DNA of 63,694 bases, filler included, from Choristocarpus tenellus KU-1152 (Eukaryota > Protista > Phaeophyceae), in the NCBI GenBank assembly GCA_964200185.2. It is 13 parts of 13 records of this genome, joined end to end, with 100 filler letters (N's around TTAATTAATTAA, not from the genome) between each part and the next. Parts side by side here need not be neighbours in the genome. Positions count along the whole stretch, not along the records: positions 22,468 to 27,048 come from CAXNAD020013920.1; positions 27,149 to 29,652 come from CAXNAD020027259.1; positions 29,753 to 34,860 come from CAXNAD020011845.1; positions 34,961 to 42,315 come from CAXNAD020006280.1; 9 more parts are not named here. One strand, given 5' to 3'. Of this stretch, positions 24,033 through 37,199 are shown one piece after another. Numbering within the stretch: the stretch's first letter is position 1; each line of letters begins with the position of its first letter. The notes under the pieces are model-generated. The model saw only the letters and a program-made list of their open reading frames with translations. It searched no databases and was not told the DNA's origin. Both the position numbers and the translations under genes were made by a program.

Positions 24033-24916
24033 TCATCCGAAGGTGAGGGAGCTCACACCACCTGGGGGAGCACGGACACGTGTAGTCGGACGCCCAGTCA
24101 TAAAGTTCCCTGAATTTTGGTTTGTCCCACTTGCGTAAGCATTAGCGGATACGGAGCCAGTGCTAGGTGGAGCTGGTGGTGCTACTGCCGACACCTCTTC
24201 TGCCGGTGGCACGGGCATGGAGGTTGTAGAGGCAGGTGAGAAACTCTCATTATCAACAACCGAGGCTTCATTTACAGACGCGGAAGGTTCTTCGGCTGAC
24301 TCGGGGGTAGCGGGTTGAGTGACATCCTCCACAGGGACAGGTGCTGGCGCGGGCGTTGCTGGTTCATCCCCGCCAAAGCTGATCGTGGAGATGCCCCCCG
24401 GGGGAGCGTGGACACGCGTAATCGGCTTTTCGGTCAAGAAGTTTCCGCTGTTTTGACTGATGCCCGAGGCGTAAGAGTTGGAAGAGATACGAGTGGCGAA
24501 TGGAGATGTGGTAACATGGGGCTCCGCCCCCTCTTCAATGTCAACTTCCATCCATTCCTGCTTCCGCCGGTTCCACACTACACGAGGGATGGAGAAATTG
24601 ACAGAGTGAGTGCATGAACATCAGCGGGACATCTTCAAGGACAGTAAATGCGTGATTCCTTTGAGTTCTTGAAAAAATTCTACATAAGCAACCAACGGCC
24701 AGCATCGCATCTCTCAACACCCCCACACAATCAGCTAAAAATGACGATTCCGCTCAATCCTTGTAAGACCTATGGCTAATAGTTTATCAGCATGGCATAG
24801 AAACTGGACAACACGACAATGCTATCTATCTCACCCATCTTTTTGCCGTTGGGCGTGGCGGGTGTCCCAGTCGCGCCGAGAGTCAGAGTTGTGTCACTGA
24901 CATGAGAGCGACTCAT
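24033..24916 (-). CDS. SPR1: Complete two-exon gene (24916-24835, 24577-24033), ~208 aa SPIRAL1-like microtubule-associated protein with two SPR1-type motifs
   Basis: Exon 1 MSRSHVSDTTLTLGATGTPATPNGKKM-G|GTGAGA joins in phase to cgtgtAG|TG (V)WNRRKQEW. Motifs SNSYASGISQNSGNFLTEKPITRVHAPPGGISTISFG and ANAYASGTNQNSGNFMTGRPTTRVRAPPGGVSSLTFG* resemble plant SPR1 NNY...GQN.GNFLTDRPSTKVHAAPGGGSSL..LFG. Confidence 0.88.
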
Positions 24917-25463
24917 CCTTACTTTCTATGGAAAGGCACCTAATGCGGTGATACAGGGGAGGGGAAAGGATTACTGTTCCTCGACGTCGTACGTGTTGTG
25001 TGAGAGAAATGGTTAGGAACCAAACCAATCTGAGACCTCAACGCCTGATCTGTGACTAAAACTTCTGTTGGTGTTTTTGATTTTTGTATTTATATTTTTG
25101 GTTTATAAAGTACAAAGTAGTGTGAGTACAATTTCACGGTATAAATTCCAGTACAACTAGGTAAATTAGAGATTACAAAAAGGGAACAACGCCTTCGAAG
25201 TAATATTAGTCATAGTCAAGAAAAAAGTTTTGAACTCTACATATGGGTTGTTGCTGTCGTTGAGATATCGATTCATGAAAAGAGAGGACTAAGAACATAC
25301 AAGTTGATATGGGATTAAGTTTCACATACTAGGTGGATTGAAAGGTTGTCTTCAACTATATGTGGTTTTTAAGGTGATAAGATAGGGTGAAGTCAGGGAA
25401 GTAAAAGGACGAACCTGTCATTACTGAAGTCAAACCTTTCAATTCCAGAGTTGTGGTTTCTGG
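24917..25463. promoter_or_regulatory. Probable bidirectional promoter / 5' UTR region
   Basis: 547 nt between divergent start codons of the SPR1-like and anoctamin genes; no specific motif claimed. Confidence 0.5.
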
Positions 25464-27039
25464 ATGGATAACCATGACAATTATGGCGGGGGGCTAATGG
25501 TTGTGTTTGCTACGGACAAGGAAAAAGCTGAGGTAGATGCTGCTTTTCGGTACTCTGCCGCACAGTTGAGGCTGGCCAACCTTATAGTACGGGATCACTT
25601 GTCCACAACAACCAACAAGCCAAGGTGATCTGGGATAGGGCGCCATTTTCTGGTTTAAGCCATAGAAGCTTAACCTGAGAGTAACAAGGCTACGAATAGA
25701 ATACTGAGCTCGGTGGCTTGTCCAAGTTCATGCTAAATGAAACAAGTTCATGCTAAATGAAACAAAAGTTTGATGTCGAATGGATTCCGCAGGACCCCAT
25801 ATGCATATGTCACAACACACAACGGACTCGTTATCTTAGGAATGGATTCTTTCACTCTTCCCTTATCTTTGTACTTACTTAGTTTCAATTATTGTTTCCC
25901 TCATTGCAGTCCCTAAATCGTTTGTCGATCACCAAGTATTCCAACCATTACGAATACACAATCTCGATTTCCTGATCTGGATTGCCTGTCGCACCTTTGC
26001 AGCTTCATTGTGATCAACGCACCGAGATCCTTGCTAGAGGCGGAGGCCGATCGCGTTAGCCTCATGAAGGAAGATGTCAAGTGAGTGGTGTATAGACATA
26101 ACAACATTGCCAGACTTATCCTTGGATCAGTCGACTGAATCCTTCCTTCGAGTTATCAGAGGATGAAAAAGAGTGGGCCGACCAGGCACCGACCCAGGCG
26201 CGAAATATATCACTTGACTTTAGTTCAATCGTCGTAGGTCACATCATCGGGCAAGAATTCGTTGGATGGTGTGCGTCCTTACTGCATTCTCCTGAATCAT
26301 CCCACGCTCCCACAATTTATTCCAACAAGTCTCGGGTTGGTGGCAAAGGCCAGGCACGTCCAATCTTGGCCCACACCTAGCATTCGCATTTTGAGCGGGA
26401 ACTTCTGGGGAAGTGCAGGCCTTGGTATTTAACCCCTTTCCCTGTTACCTCTGTCAATTTGTTATCCATGACTTCTGTGGTAAGGGTATACCCAGTCAAT
26501 GTCAGAGATCAATACCTTGCCTCAATCCATTGGTTCCTTCTTTGGTCCTTGGTTTATCTTAGGCTGCACAATGGCAGAGTCATCTAACCTTGTTCCTTGC
26601 TCTAACCCCAATACTCCTCATACCGTTCACTTGCCTTCCACGGTTTGATTCTTTCAAAAGGAACACCAAGTTCCAAACACACACACCACACCACAATTCT
26701 TCTCTCTACCCCTCATGCCAGACTAGTACATATGCATAATGTGATGTGCCTATATTGGCAAACCCTTTTAATTGTACATCAGATTATATTATGTTCTGCT
26801 GTCACACCTTGGTGACAAGGTACTTCAAGAGCAAGACTACTTTCATCTTTGTGACACCTGTGTTCTTCTTCCATGTGTCTGATCTTTTGGACTCTAAACT
26901 CCTCTGACATGCTCATACTGAAAAAAAAAAAATGTCGTTACAAAGTGGTGCCCTGACCGAGTTTGTGGTGGAGGGGGCAGCTGAAGTGTTTAAAGGGTAC
27001 AACACATCAGGCCCCGATTTCTTCACAGCAGCAGAGCAG
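25464..27039 (+). CDS. ANO10: 5' exons (25464-25624, 26003-26080, 26946-27039) of an anoctamin/TMEM16, ANO10-like; rest beyond contig end
   Basis: Canonical GT-AG sites with phases 2, 2, 0. Spliced peptide MDNHDNYGGGLMVVF...SFIVINAPRSLLEAEADRVSLMKEDVNGALTEFVVEGAAEVFKGYNTSGPDFFTAAEQ fits the ANO10/8 N-terminal pattern (A....L...AE...L.K....G...EF......F.G.....F.T.AE). Confidence 0.75.
25723..25765. repeat. Perfect 20-bp tandem duplication in intron 1
   Basis: CAAGTTCATGCTAAATGAAA twice. Confidence 0.9.
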
Positions 27040-27479
27040 GTGCATGCCNNNNNNNNNNNNNNNNNNNNNNNNNNNNNNNNNNNNNNNNNNNNTTAATTAA
27101 TTAANNNNNNNNNNNNNNNNNNNNNNNNNNNNNNNNNNNNNNNNNNNNGTGTGGGTGGGTGGGGGGTGGTGGGGTGGTGTGTTGGGGGGGGGGGGGGGGG
27201 GGGGGGGGGGGTCCTTGTGATATTTATTCGACTCTTTTTTCATGGCAGAATGTCAGAGAGCATCATAATAGTGTATGTAATACTACTATCAATTTGTTGT
27301 ATGATTTATTATTATTACTACTGTTATTATTTTGTTTGTAGATAGGGAGGATGCACCGGACTTGCTAATTACCAACTTTTTTTTGTGGAGGCAGTTTATT
27401 TTTTTTAGATGAAGAATCTAAACGGAGGTTGTAAGAGTCCAAATCTCTTCTCTTCTAATCATTTTCATTTACATTACTG

Positions 27480-27648
27480 CTATTAATGTTATTATTTTTA
27501 TAATTAATATTTTTATAATTAATATTTTTATAATTAATATTTTTTTAATTTATATTTTTTTAATTTATATTTTTATTATTAATATTTTTATGATTTATAT
27601 TTTTATTATTTATATTTTTATTATTTATATTTTTTGTTATTTTTATTG
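27480..27648. repeat. AT-rich ~15-16-bp minisatellite
   Basis: TAATTAATATTTTTTA / TTATTTATATTTTTA units. Confidence 0.8.
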
Positions 27649-27873
27649 TGCAGGTGTTGTGACGTGCGTATTTGGAGGCGATTTCGCATCTAGACCTAGA
27701 ATTTTTCAAACCTTGTTGGTAAAAGATATATATATATATATGTGTCACTTTTTTATTTTTGTATTTTATACTCACTCTGTTCATGATTTTTGATCATGTA
27801 CCAAAATGGTTCTATTTCCAACACAAAACCCCCGAAAAATACGGTTTTGTTTAAAAAAAAAAACTTTTTCCAG

Positions 27874-28009
27874 TTCTATGTTCAGCACCTTCTCCTGGAG
27901 CAGCAGCAGTGCCAGGAGGCGTTGACCTGCCTGGAGGGACTGCAGCAGATCTTCCCATCTTCATCCTACGTATTAGGACAGATGGCCACTGCACACTATC
28001 ACATGCGAA
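27874..28009 (+). CDS. CDC23: Internal exon of anaphase-promoting complex subunit 8 (CDC23/APC8)
   Basis: tttttccAG|FYVQHLLLEQQQCQEALTCLEGLQQIFPSSSYVLGQMATAHYHMR-A|GTGAGT; matches the APC8 pattern FF.....LELQ...EAL.....L...FP.S.Y...Q.A.A.Y..R. Confidence 0.8.
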
Positions 28010-28321
28010 GTGAGTTAAACAAGAAAAGGAAGGACACTTCTAGTTTATTCTCTTTTTATTACATTATTGTTTTTTTATTCAGGTGTATCCGTTCGTTCCT
28101 GCAAACAATAGAGTCAGTGCCTTGAGTATTTATTGAACAATATGCAAATACATATTTTTAGAATATTATTGATAAAATATTGATCAAAAATTGTTTGTTT
28201 TTTTTCATGAAGTTGGCCTCACGGAGGCCACTAACTGGTGTCATGTGGTGTATAGTTTTTTTAAGGTTGATTTCTGAATGATCAGGATGAAGGAAAGGTG
28301 ATTTGAACATGGGAACACAAG

Positions 28322-28481
28322 AGTTGGGATTTGGGCTTGTGTTTGGGTTTGAGTCCTCGTTTTGGTTTGGGATTTGGTTTGGGTTCGGGTCCAGGTCCAG
28401 GTCCAGGTCCAGGTCCGGTTCAGGATTTAGGTCCGGTTCCAGGTTTGGTTGGAGGTTTTGGTCGGGTTGGGGCTTGGGTTA
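28322..28481. repeat. Degenerate hexamer repeat (CCAGGT/GGGTTT-type)
   Basis: GGTCCA four times, embedded in GGTTTG/GGGTTT-like hexamers. Confidence 0.7.
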
Positions 28482-31400
28482 GTACCAGTGCGATTGCTAG
28501 TGGTATGTTGATGGTGACTAGAATTTCAATTGGATTGTGAAAAACAGTCATCCTAAAAAAATGAAATTGAGTTCCAGGAAATTTCTATGTGGTAGATAGA
28601 TAAAAAGTGAGCTGAATTTTGAGTGAGGCAGGGGGGGAGATAGCTCTGCGATATATTATTTCTTTTGTTTTTTTAGCGGAAAAGATATAAATTACCTCAA
28701 GCCGCTGGCGACAGCTGTATTAGGTGGTTTGAACTTTTTATTTCATTGAATCTCTGGGGCGGATGGTTCCTTGGCATGTGACATTCGTAGCGTTGTTATA
28801 TTTGAAATATATATATATATATATATCTTTTTTTTGCTCTTTTGACATCAAAAAAAAAGTTTTTTATTTTTCACTAGTGACAAGATACGATTGGTGGGAC
28901 ACATTTTGATATATCTGCTGACGTGTGCAATAAGATAATAAGAGAGAGCACCCACCACCACCGAGGGCTGTACTCACTCCGCTAATAAACATATCCGTAC
29001 CACATAAAGCAAAGATTCTATTGAATAGCTTCTTTTGCAAAATATGTGCTCCCCCCCCCCCCCCCACCGTGGACGATAGAATGCCGATCCAAGGTGGGGT
29101 CTATATTCCCGGTGTTGGTATTAATCATCGATAGGGTTTGTATTTTTATTTTTAATTTGAATGAAACGACAGTTACGCATGATATTAAAAATAACAAGAT
29201 TTTTTTTTTTTTTGGTGAGGACTGGGAATAGGAATATCTATATACGTGTATGTTTGTGCATGTTTGTGCATGTAGATGTTTAATCTACACCTTGTGATAG
29301 ATAGGGTGAATGAATAGTAGGAAAGAAATGGTTGAGATTATCGCCTCGGCTCAACAGCCCGGAATTCGGAGTGTTTTAATAAAAGTCAGTGGTATGTGGT
29401 AGGTGCAAAGCTGTTGTACCATTGTTGGTGGTAGAATTAATTTCAGAAGTTCGTTACCACTTCGTAAACCTCTTAACTTTTTAATTTTTTTTCTAGCCGG
29501 GAGGAAGAGCCTGGAGGAAGTTTGGAATTTTCCAGATGGAATTCGGGGAATTTTTTTTTTGTTATTGTTGTTGAAAAAGTTTGGAATTTTCTGGTAGTTT
29601 TGTAGGCGGTCAACCTGCTGGGGACAATTTTTTTTTTTGAGGGGGGGGGGGGNNNNNNNNNNNNNNNNNNNNNNNNNNNNNNNNNNNNNNNNNNNNTTAA
29701 TTAATTAANNNNNNNNNNNNNNNNNNNNNNNNNNNNNNNNNNNNNNNNNNNNGGGGGTGGGGGTATCATAGGGGGTTTGTCAGATGTTGATTGCTGTCGC
29801 CTTTTCATGCCTTGGCCCCCCCTGGGGTTGAGGGACGGAAGGAAGCAGTTGCTTTTAATATTTTGGTTTTGTTAAAACTCGTGGATGTTTCGTCACACCT
29901 TGCCTCATCGCGCCATTTTTTGTTTATTTTATGAACTCTTTTTGTAGTAGCTGTAGCTGTGCGTGTCCTCCCCCCTTTCAGTGCACTAAAGGATAGTACC
30001 TTCTATGTTGGTCAGCCATTCAAGAGCCCTGTTGCAATCTGTAGATATTTCCACCAGCAGTGCATGCAAGCGTGCAATCTGGAGGTAGAGGGGATTGGAG
30101 GTGGGGAGGCTGTTGCTTGTCGGCCTGCTTGGCTCTTCATTGGTACATCTGTTTGAACCTCCACTTTTCTTTTTTTCATGATTTCTCATGTTGATGTTGT
30201 ATGCACGAAAGACAAAACGCCTTCCCATTTGGAAGAGAGCACAGTGCACTGACTCTTTTTTTGTTTTTGTTTTTGTATATAATTTTAGAGAGTATTTTAT
30301 CGTACATATCACATAGTAGTGATATATCGTACCTCTTTTTTAGTTAAGAGTGATGCATATTGTGTTGAATGGAGCAAAACGCCGAAAATATATGATTACA
30401 GCTCACTTTCTAGCTTGATAATAAAAAAAAAGAGTAAATCTTTATCGCTCCCCCAACGTTGTCACTACGAACTACAAGCGAGAGAGTAATTATCCAAATG
30501 TTGAAGTCTTGGTTTATCTGCTGATGCCTGCTTCCAAGGTGTGCCCACACATAACACGCACATAACACGCACAAAGCAATAACATTCATCCTTCGCATCA
30601 TGACATCATGATGAGTAGTTTGTCTCTGCTTGTTATTGTGATGGTATTGTGATGATAGTGAACATATCTTTTTTCTTCCTTGTATTACCTAGGGTATCCT
30701 TTATGGAGGGGGATTAGTGGGGCATGGTTAGAAACATTTGATTATTGTGTTCACAACGTCTTTATATATATATATATATATATATTTCTACTTGTGCAAT
30801 GCATGCCTATACAATATGTAGGTGTGTAGAAGTGTTTTTTCATGTTTATTAAGTTGCTTTTCAAAGCTATGACAAACAGTGGTAGACCTACTTGACTAGA
30901 GGTCCTCACCTCTTCAGTCCACGACAGGCTGGCCTAACCAAATATCCATATTCCTCTGCAGGTTTTCGAGTCTACACCTGAATGAACCGAATCCCGAGAG
31001 TTGTGTGGAGTCTTGATATTTTTGTGAAGCATAGCAAATCCTTTTGAATGGTGCATGGCCCCTTTTTGGGGTTGGGATTAAGCACCATTTATTTACTCTT
31101 TTATTTACATGTGCTTCATAAACACGTGGGTATGCACGGACTCTTGAACGGAATATTTATGGGTAGGTAGTTAGTTGGCTGTTGAAGTAGCTCCAAACTT
31201 TTTCTTTGGTAAGCCCAAACAGATAATGGCACACACAAGTTCGATCGTCAACGTCTGCTGAACGCTGCTTTTCTCGATGTCTCTCTCACTTCAGAAAGAA
31301 TATTTTTGCGCCCCCGATTTATTTTTGGTATTGGATAGGTGGTCTTTCGGATTGGATAGAGCAGGTGCGACACTTTAAGTTATTTTACGATTCTCTTTCC

Positions 31401-32937
31401 CATTAGACAATGGTGACGTATGGTAGCACTATTATACAGTTTCTGCTATCCCAAGTGTTGGGTAATAGTAGTACGTTATGCCTACCTGGGTTTCTCTTCG
31501 AAATCCATTGTACCTATAATTCGTACCTACACATCCTCACACAATCCAGTTAGGTGCTGAATAAAGCAAAAAAAAAATGGTAAACAAAACAAAAAATAAT
31601 TTGTAACACCACTATGATACTACTATACATCATGTGTTTTCCTATAAAACAAAGAATATATTATGTATTATTATGCCCTCTGACATTTTGTACATGTGTC
31701 AGGGGGAAAACCAATGAAAACTATTCACATGTCAGTATAAGCCCTAAAGAAGCCAAATGTGTCACAAATGTGAGAAACACTGATCTATTTGTTATTTCAC
31801 TACTGTGACGTACCACTGCCTTCCTGTGCCTCCAATCTACCTATTCCTGCAACCCAGGGTGAGGAACTAGGGAGCCTATGTATACTATTCGAATTTTGTA
31901 TGTGATGTTTAGACCATTTCACTTTAATCCTTTATTCATAATTTGAAAGTGTTTCAGTCAGAACATTTAGTACGCATCCTAAATATATGTAGGTACTTTG
32001 TATTTCAAACTGTGTATCATTTCATTATTTTTATCCCCTCTGATGCTTTGCACATGTGTCAAGGAAAAACCAAAACTACATAACAAATCCAAGTGTTCGC
32101 GTAATAATATATATATGGTAAATACCATAGTCGCCAATCTTGGATTATTTTGCTTTTTACGGTCGTCGCGTACCACCACTGGACGGTTAGAGTTCACAGT
32201 AAACGCATCCCGGTGTAGTACGGTTGTCCTACAGTCACTGTTACTTGAAGGACTGGACAGTATGTATGAGCATTGTCGAAGTGGGTTACCATCTGTATCT
32301 GGACATTAGATTGCAGTAGGGTGAATAGCACCCACAGTCACTGTGGTACGGTTGGGGGATTTTGATGCTTTTGCACAGTTGTTCAGTAGTATCTCCACGG
32401 TTGCCAACTGTCGGTTGTAGATCTCCGATCGAGAGCTTGCTTAGACCAACCGTCAAATTTTTCCCAAATCGTAACCGGATTGGTTGTTACCGTCCGTGGT
32501 CGTAACAACCATGTAGGGGCAGGAGAATAACCAGCGTACTGAGGAACTCTTCTTACTCTAACCATAAAACAAACTAGTCAAGAGGGTACTTAATACTTCC
32601 AGTGGATATCGTTACTATGCCCTCCAACATTTTGCAGAGGTGCTAGTGGGGGGACACCAAGGCCGAAACTGTACAAGGACTATTCAAAGATACAGCAGTT
32701 GTCATTGGTGAAGACCCATACTAGTATACATCAATTTTCCATGTTCAGGGGAACAGTATGACTGACTGTGAAACCGTTATCGGTATGCATTTATATTACG
32801 GTGTCATTTAGAACGTCAAGCCGTTCCACCGAAATCCGCTAAAATATATGGTTGGTGAAAATATCCCAATTTCGCCTCAAAATTGTCTGTCTGAAGATTT
32901 TATTGGATATAATATTTGACCCTAAGCATGACGTGGA

Positions 32938-33179
32938 TAGGAGTTTTGCCCTGTTTGTCCGTTCGGGCCTTGGCTTCCCACGGGTTTTTATGTTCTTTTT
33001 CTGTTTTCTGTGTGAACACATTTCCCTGAAATGTATACGACTACGAAAGGTGTGTCTGGAGCAAGGATATTGACACTTACTTCCTAACAAGTACGATAAG
33101 CCAAAATTACTTCAAAATCGCAGCATTGGATTTTGGATCCCAAACGGACTCGACCCTACCTTCTTAAACGATTTGACTC
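32938..33179. mobile_element. MITE family A, diverged copy
   Basis: GAGTTTTGCCCTGTTTGTCC...GGATATTGACACTT...ACCCTACCTTC...TTTGACTC. Confidence 0.75.
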
Positions 33180-34960
33180 TTCAATAATACCCTTCTTATC
33201 AACAGAACGTCTGATGAAAGACATACAACATGCCGTTAGTATTGGACAGCAAAAAACGTTTGTAACTATTTCTTTTCTAAGCAACGGTATTACAACTTGA
33301 AACAACCACCCACTCTGGAAAAGATAATAGACACAGCTACTTCCCGAAGATTTTCATGCTGCTGTGCGGTTGCTTATGTAGTAAGATTTTTCGAGTTACG
33401 ACGGACATGAGGACGAAGGCAAAGAAGGGAGTCAGAGGAGGAAGGAGTCGATTGGAGACATGGGGTATCATGCACAGTAGTAGTAGGATACATGTTACAA
33501 TTACATGGATACCTACAAAACAACAGCAACAACATGTTCTCACTCCACTGATACAGTCGTATATGTGTGTGTCATGCTGTCGACCAATAGAAATCCATCA
33601 TATGTCACACTGTAGCCAATAGGAACAGAGAAGGAGTAACTGAGAGAGAGGTGCTGCTGCTTTTGACAGGCCCTTTCCGTCTTTCTGGTGATAAAACTGT
33701 TTCAGAAAACTCGGTTTATAGGTGTGGAGAGCATTTTGCGACTGTTTCGTGGGTGTACTCAGTTTGCAGAAGCAGGATATCCCGATCAACACCCTTTTTC
33801 AAATTTCTTCATCTTCTTTGAAGACGATGCAGGAAAAAAACTCAATCAAAACAGCCAGAACCCTCTAACCCCACTATTTTACTTTGGCTCTCACAAGCAA
33901 GTCGTGTTGTAATCAGACAACATCACTCACCTACCTGCCACAACCATCCAAAAATGGCACACACCCAATCAGATTTGTTCGAAAAGGTATTGGAAGGATA
34001 CGCATACCCATTACAACACAGCAGTTCTGGGAGCCATGCCTAGAGGATACCTTTCATTACTATACTTTGTACCACTTAACTACTATACTAGACACACCAA
34101 TCAAGACAGATAAATGCCAATTTACTTTTTTTCCTTTTTCCTTGCAAACATATCCATCCATCCATCCATCCAATGCAATCCCTACTGCAAACCCAATACT
34201 AAAAACAACAATGATCATTTAAACAGTATGCAAGTATCTTGTCCCAATACTTTTTTGTTTGTGAAATAATAATAAACATGATCTAAAATAGCCATCATCA
34301 ACAACACTTCTCAAGACACAAGCATTATAGAACAAAACTACACTACAAAAAAGTTTGAAAAAAAACAACTTTATTTTGACCATTACTGGCAACACAAGAA
34401 ATACATACTAATATATTTTCTACCCCTCCCACAGGAAAGGCATCTTGCATGTCTCACTATATTATATGCCCCTGGTACAGACCCCTGAAAGTTCTTGCCA
34501 AGTTCACCAATCCTCTGGTCCCAAGGCATACACAGGAGGGACACAGGACACATGCACACCAATCCTCCCCCCTCGCCCCTCCCCACCTGAAGAGCAGATG
34601 GCAGATTTCCTATGTTTATTTTTTTCAAGCAAATACAATTCTGAAGCAACTCCTATATTTTCTCCCCCCCACACTTCGGTGCTTGATACAATGAACAAAA
34701 ATAGCCTTAACCCTACCAAAACACTTTTACAAGAGACAAAAGAGAACAAAAATTTGATCAAGGCATCATTTTTTTCCTTCCCCCTTTCCCCCCCCCCCAC
34801 CCAAAAAAAATAACTCCAACACAAAAAAAAAAAAAAAAAAAAAAAAACAAAAAATTATATNNNNNNNNNNNNNNNNNNNNNNNNNNNNNNNNNNNNNNNN
34901 NNNNTTAATTAATTAANNNNNNNNNNNNNNNNNNNNNNNNNNNNNNNNNNNNNNNNNNNN

Positions 34961-35038
34961 AAAAAAAAAGAATTGTTCAACCGAAACTGACGCCCCCTCA
35001 CAAACCCCCCCCCCACCCCCCCCCAGATACTTTGACCC
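34961..35038. mobile_element. Right part of MITE family B at contig start
   Basis: Near-identical to 62369-62436. Confidence 0.8.
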
Positions 35039-35199
35039 AAGGAGACTTTATATGGGGAATGTCTGCATTGTTAGAACGGACGTTAGAAGGAACGTCGGGG
35101 TAGGGTTGTTGGAGAGCTTCACATATATTGGCTTGTCACCGAGAACTGCTGCCAACACGCATTGAACATGAACTATTGGTTAATCTGAACCTTGCCTTG

Positions 35200-36078
35200 A
35201 TGTCAACCTTTACAGGCACTAATCTCACTTATCATCCCACTGTGTACAGTACTAGACTTTGCGTGCCGAACATGACATAAATGTACATGAAACCGGCACA
35301 CATTGATACATCCTTGTAGCAGCACAAAAAACGTTAGCAGAATACAGGTTAACTACAACAAGGGTTCCTCTGTTCATTGATGTGGACGACAAGATCGAGG
35401 ATGTGGACGCCAGGGAGTATTCACCTTACAGTGGTTTGTTTTTTGGGGGAGAATCCGATGCCAAGACATTACTGACCATCCATGAGAACAAACCGAGGCG
35501 CCATACATCTAGTCACCAACCTACCCTATAACCATCGCCGCAAAAAGCATGTTGGTGTTTGGCTCGCTTTCTCCTTGAAAAAAATACTGCAGGGGTCATT
35601 CGTGTTGTTCACATCTGCACCAAGGACCAACTTGATATTGTCCTGAACAAGAATCTACCACAAGTACGCTTCACAGACCTTCGGGTCCAGACTTCTTCTA
35701 CTCCCCAAGAAACTGACTCTTACCCATGTGCCTCTTTGTCTTAACCTAGAATTGGTTGTGGTCCACTCATGATACTTCTTATGATTAGATTACTTCTTCC
35801 AAATTCTGGGATTCTTTCTTCTTGTTCGAATCAGTTCTTTTTCTTGGTTTAGACCCCATTCTGTTATTGTTTTTGTAGCTGTACGTCACGCTCCTTTACC
35901 AGTACTCCACTTCTTTCAGTCAAGGAAGTGTGTTAAAACATAGGCTACTCATCTTTTGTGTTCTTGATACCACACACTATTGCAGTTCATACTGACTGTC
36001 AATTTGCACATCGGTACTGGTCGTTGCTCCCATTTACATCGTGACAACTCAAGATAGCATCATCAATTTATGTTAACA
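35200..36078 (+). mobile_element. Copia LTR-retrotransposon 3' remnant: RNase H, purine tract, 3' LTR (35931-36078)
   Basis: TIHEN..GAIHLV..., KHV, GVIRVVHICTKDQLDIVLNKNLPQVRFTDLR (Copia V.T.DQLAD..TK.L...F..LR); AAGGAAGTG then TGTTAA...TTAACA. Confidence 0.75.
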
Positions 36079-36083
36079 CATCA

Positions 36084-36193
36084 TGTTAAAACATAGGCTA
36101 TTCATTTGTTTTTTTCTTGATACGATACAGTGCCACCAGTCCACACTGATTGTTGATTGGCCCGCTGTACTGGTCGTTACTTTCACTTGCATC
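36084..36193 (+). mobile_element. Second, partial LTR copy in tandem
   Basis: TGTTAAAACATAGGCTAtTCAT...TTCTTGATAC...GTACTGGTCGTT repeats the start of 35931. Confidence 0.75.
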
Positions 36194-36469
36194 ACTACCT
36201 AATCTTCAAAACACCCCAGTACATTGAAAGCATCAGAACAGGTGCTACACATCACACACACAGACATAATATGTGTTACTTGCGTTACATCAGACATTGA
36301 TTCAAGTTTGTTGTGATGTTTCTTTGTTTTTTGTTTTCCCTTCCTTCTTCTTAACCGCGGAAGACACCAGTTGTATATAAATTGTTGATTACTACTTTTC
36401 TTGGTTAGCATTTCCCCCTCGTAACACACACAAAGCTCACTCTGCGTGAAGTGTACCCGATACACACGT

Positions 36470-37050
36470 GGATGCCATATATTCAGAGTTAAAACATCCA
36501 CAGAAACTCTTGTCCGCCAAGGTATCAAGCCTCTTCTTAGAGCATGCATTTCTTCCTTTGAATGTACCAAGGAAGAACATCAAATACACATCATCCATCT
36601 TCTGACTGAGCAAGTCATGACTTCAGTTGCAACATAACTATATTTTACCAGTACTTCGCGGCACTATGACACCTCTTCTCATCGCAAATTACCCATTGCA
36701 CCCGAAAGCATGCATCATTCGATTCAGGTTTCAACACATGATGGTACATTTGGAAGCATGGAAAAATTGCCACTTGTCAAACATACAATTCAGAGTTTAA
36801 ATATCCTCAGAAATCCTTCTTCACAAAGTGGCAAGCCTTTCCTCAAATAATGCATATCTTCCTTTGAGCGTGTCAAGTAATACCCGCAACTTTTTTATCA
36901 AATTATACCTGACTGCGCACAGCAAGTCTCCAGGTTAATCAGAACGAATTCACTGGTGCTCCACTGCACTTATGACACCCCTTCTCTACAAACCTGTCAA
37001 TCCACAAGTAAGCACGACTAATTCAATCTCAGGTTTCAACACGTCACTAC
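36470..37050. repeat. Diverged tandem duplication, ~307-bp period
   Basis: ATTCAGAGTT...TGCAT.TCTTCCTTTGA at 36481 and 36789; GCACT(T)ATGACACC...CAGGTTTCAACAC at 36661 and 36967. Confidence 0.7.
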
Positions 37051-37199
37051 ACCGACAAAGCTAAAAGTCGGCAACCATTCGTACGAGTGAAGGTGAGTAG
37101 TTCAAGGGAAATTTCCAACGGGTACTCGACAAGTTAATCACATCACACGAGTGCACCCCTCTGGTGACCCCCCAACACAATTGGAGTGGCTGAGCAGGT

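Noticed and set aside
29982-30156. Possible exon ALKDSTFYVGQPFKSPVAICRYFHQQC
   Set aside because: The acceptor is plausible, but there is no recognisable domain or partner exon. The same applies to candidates at 12506-12686 (-), 47077-47179 (+) and 59940-60124 (+).
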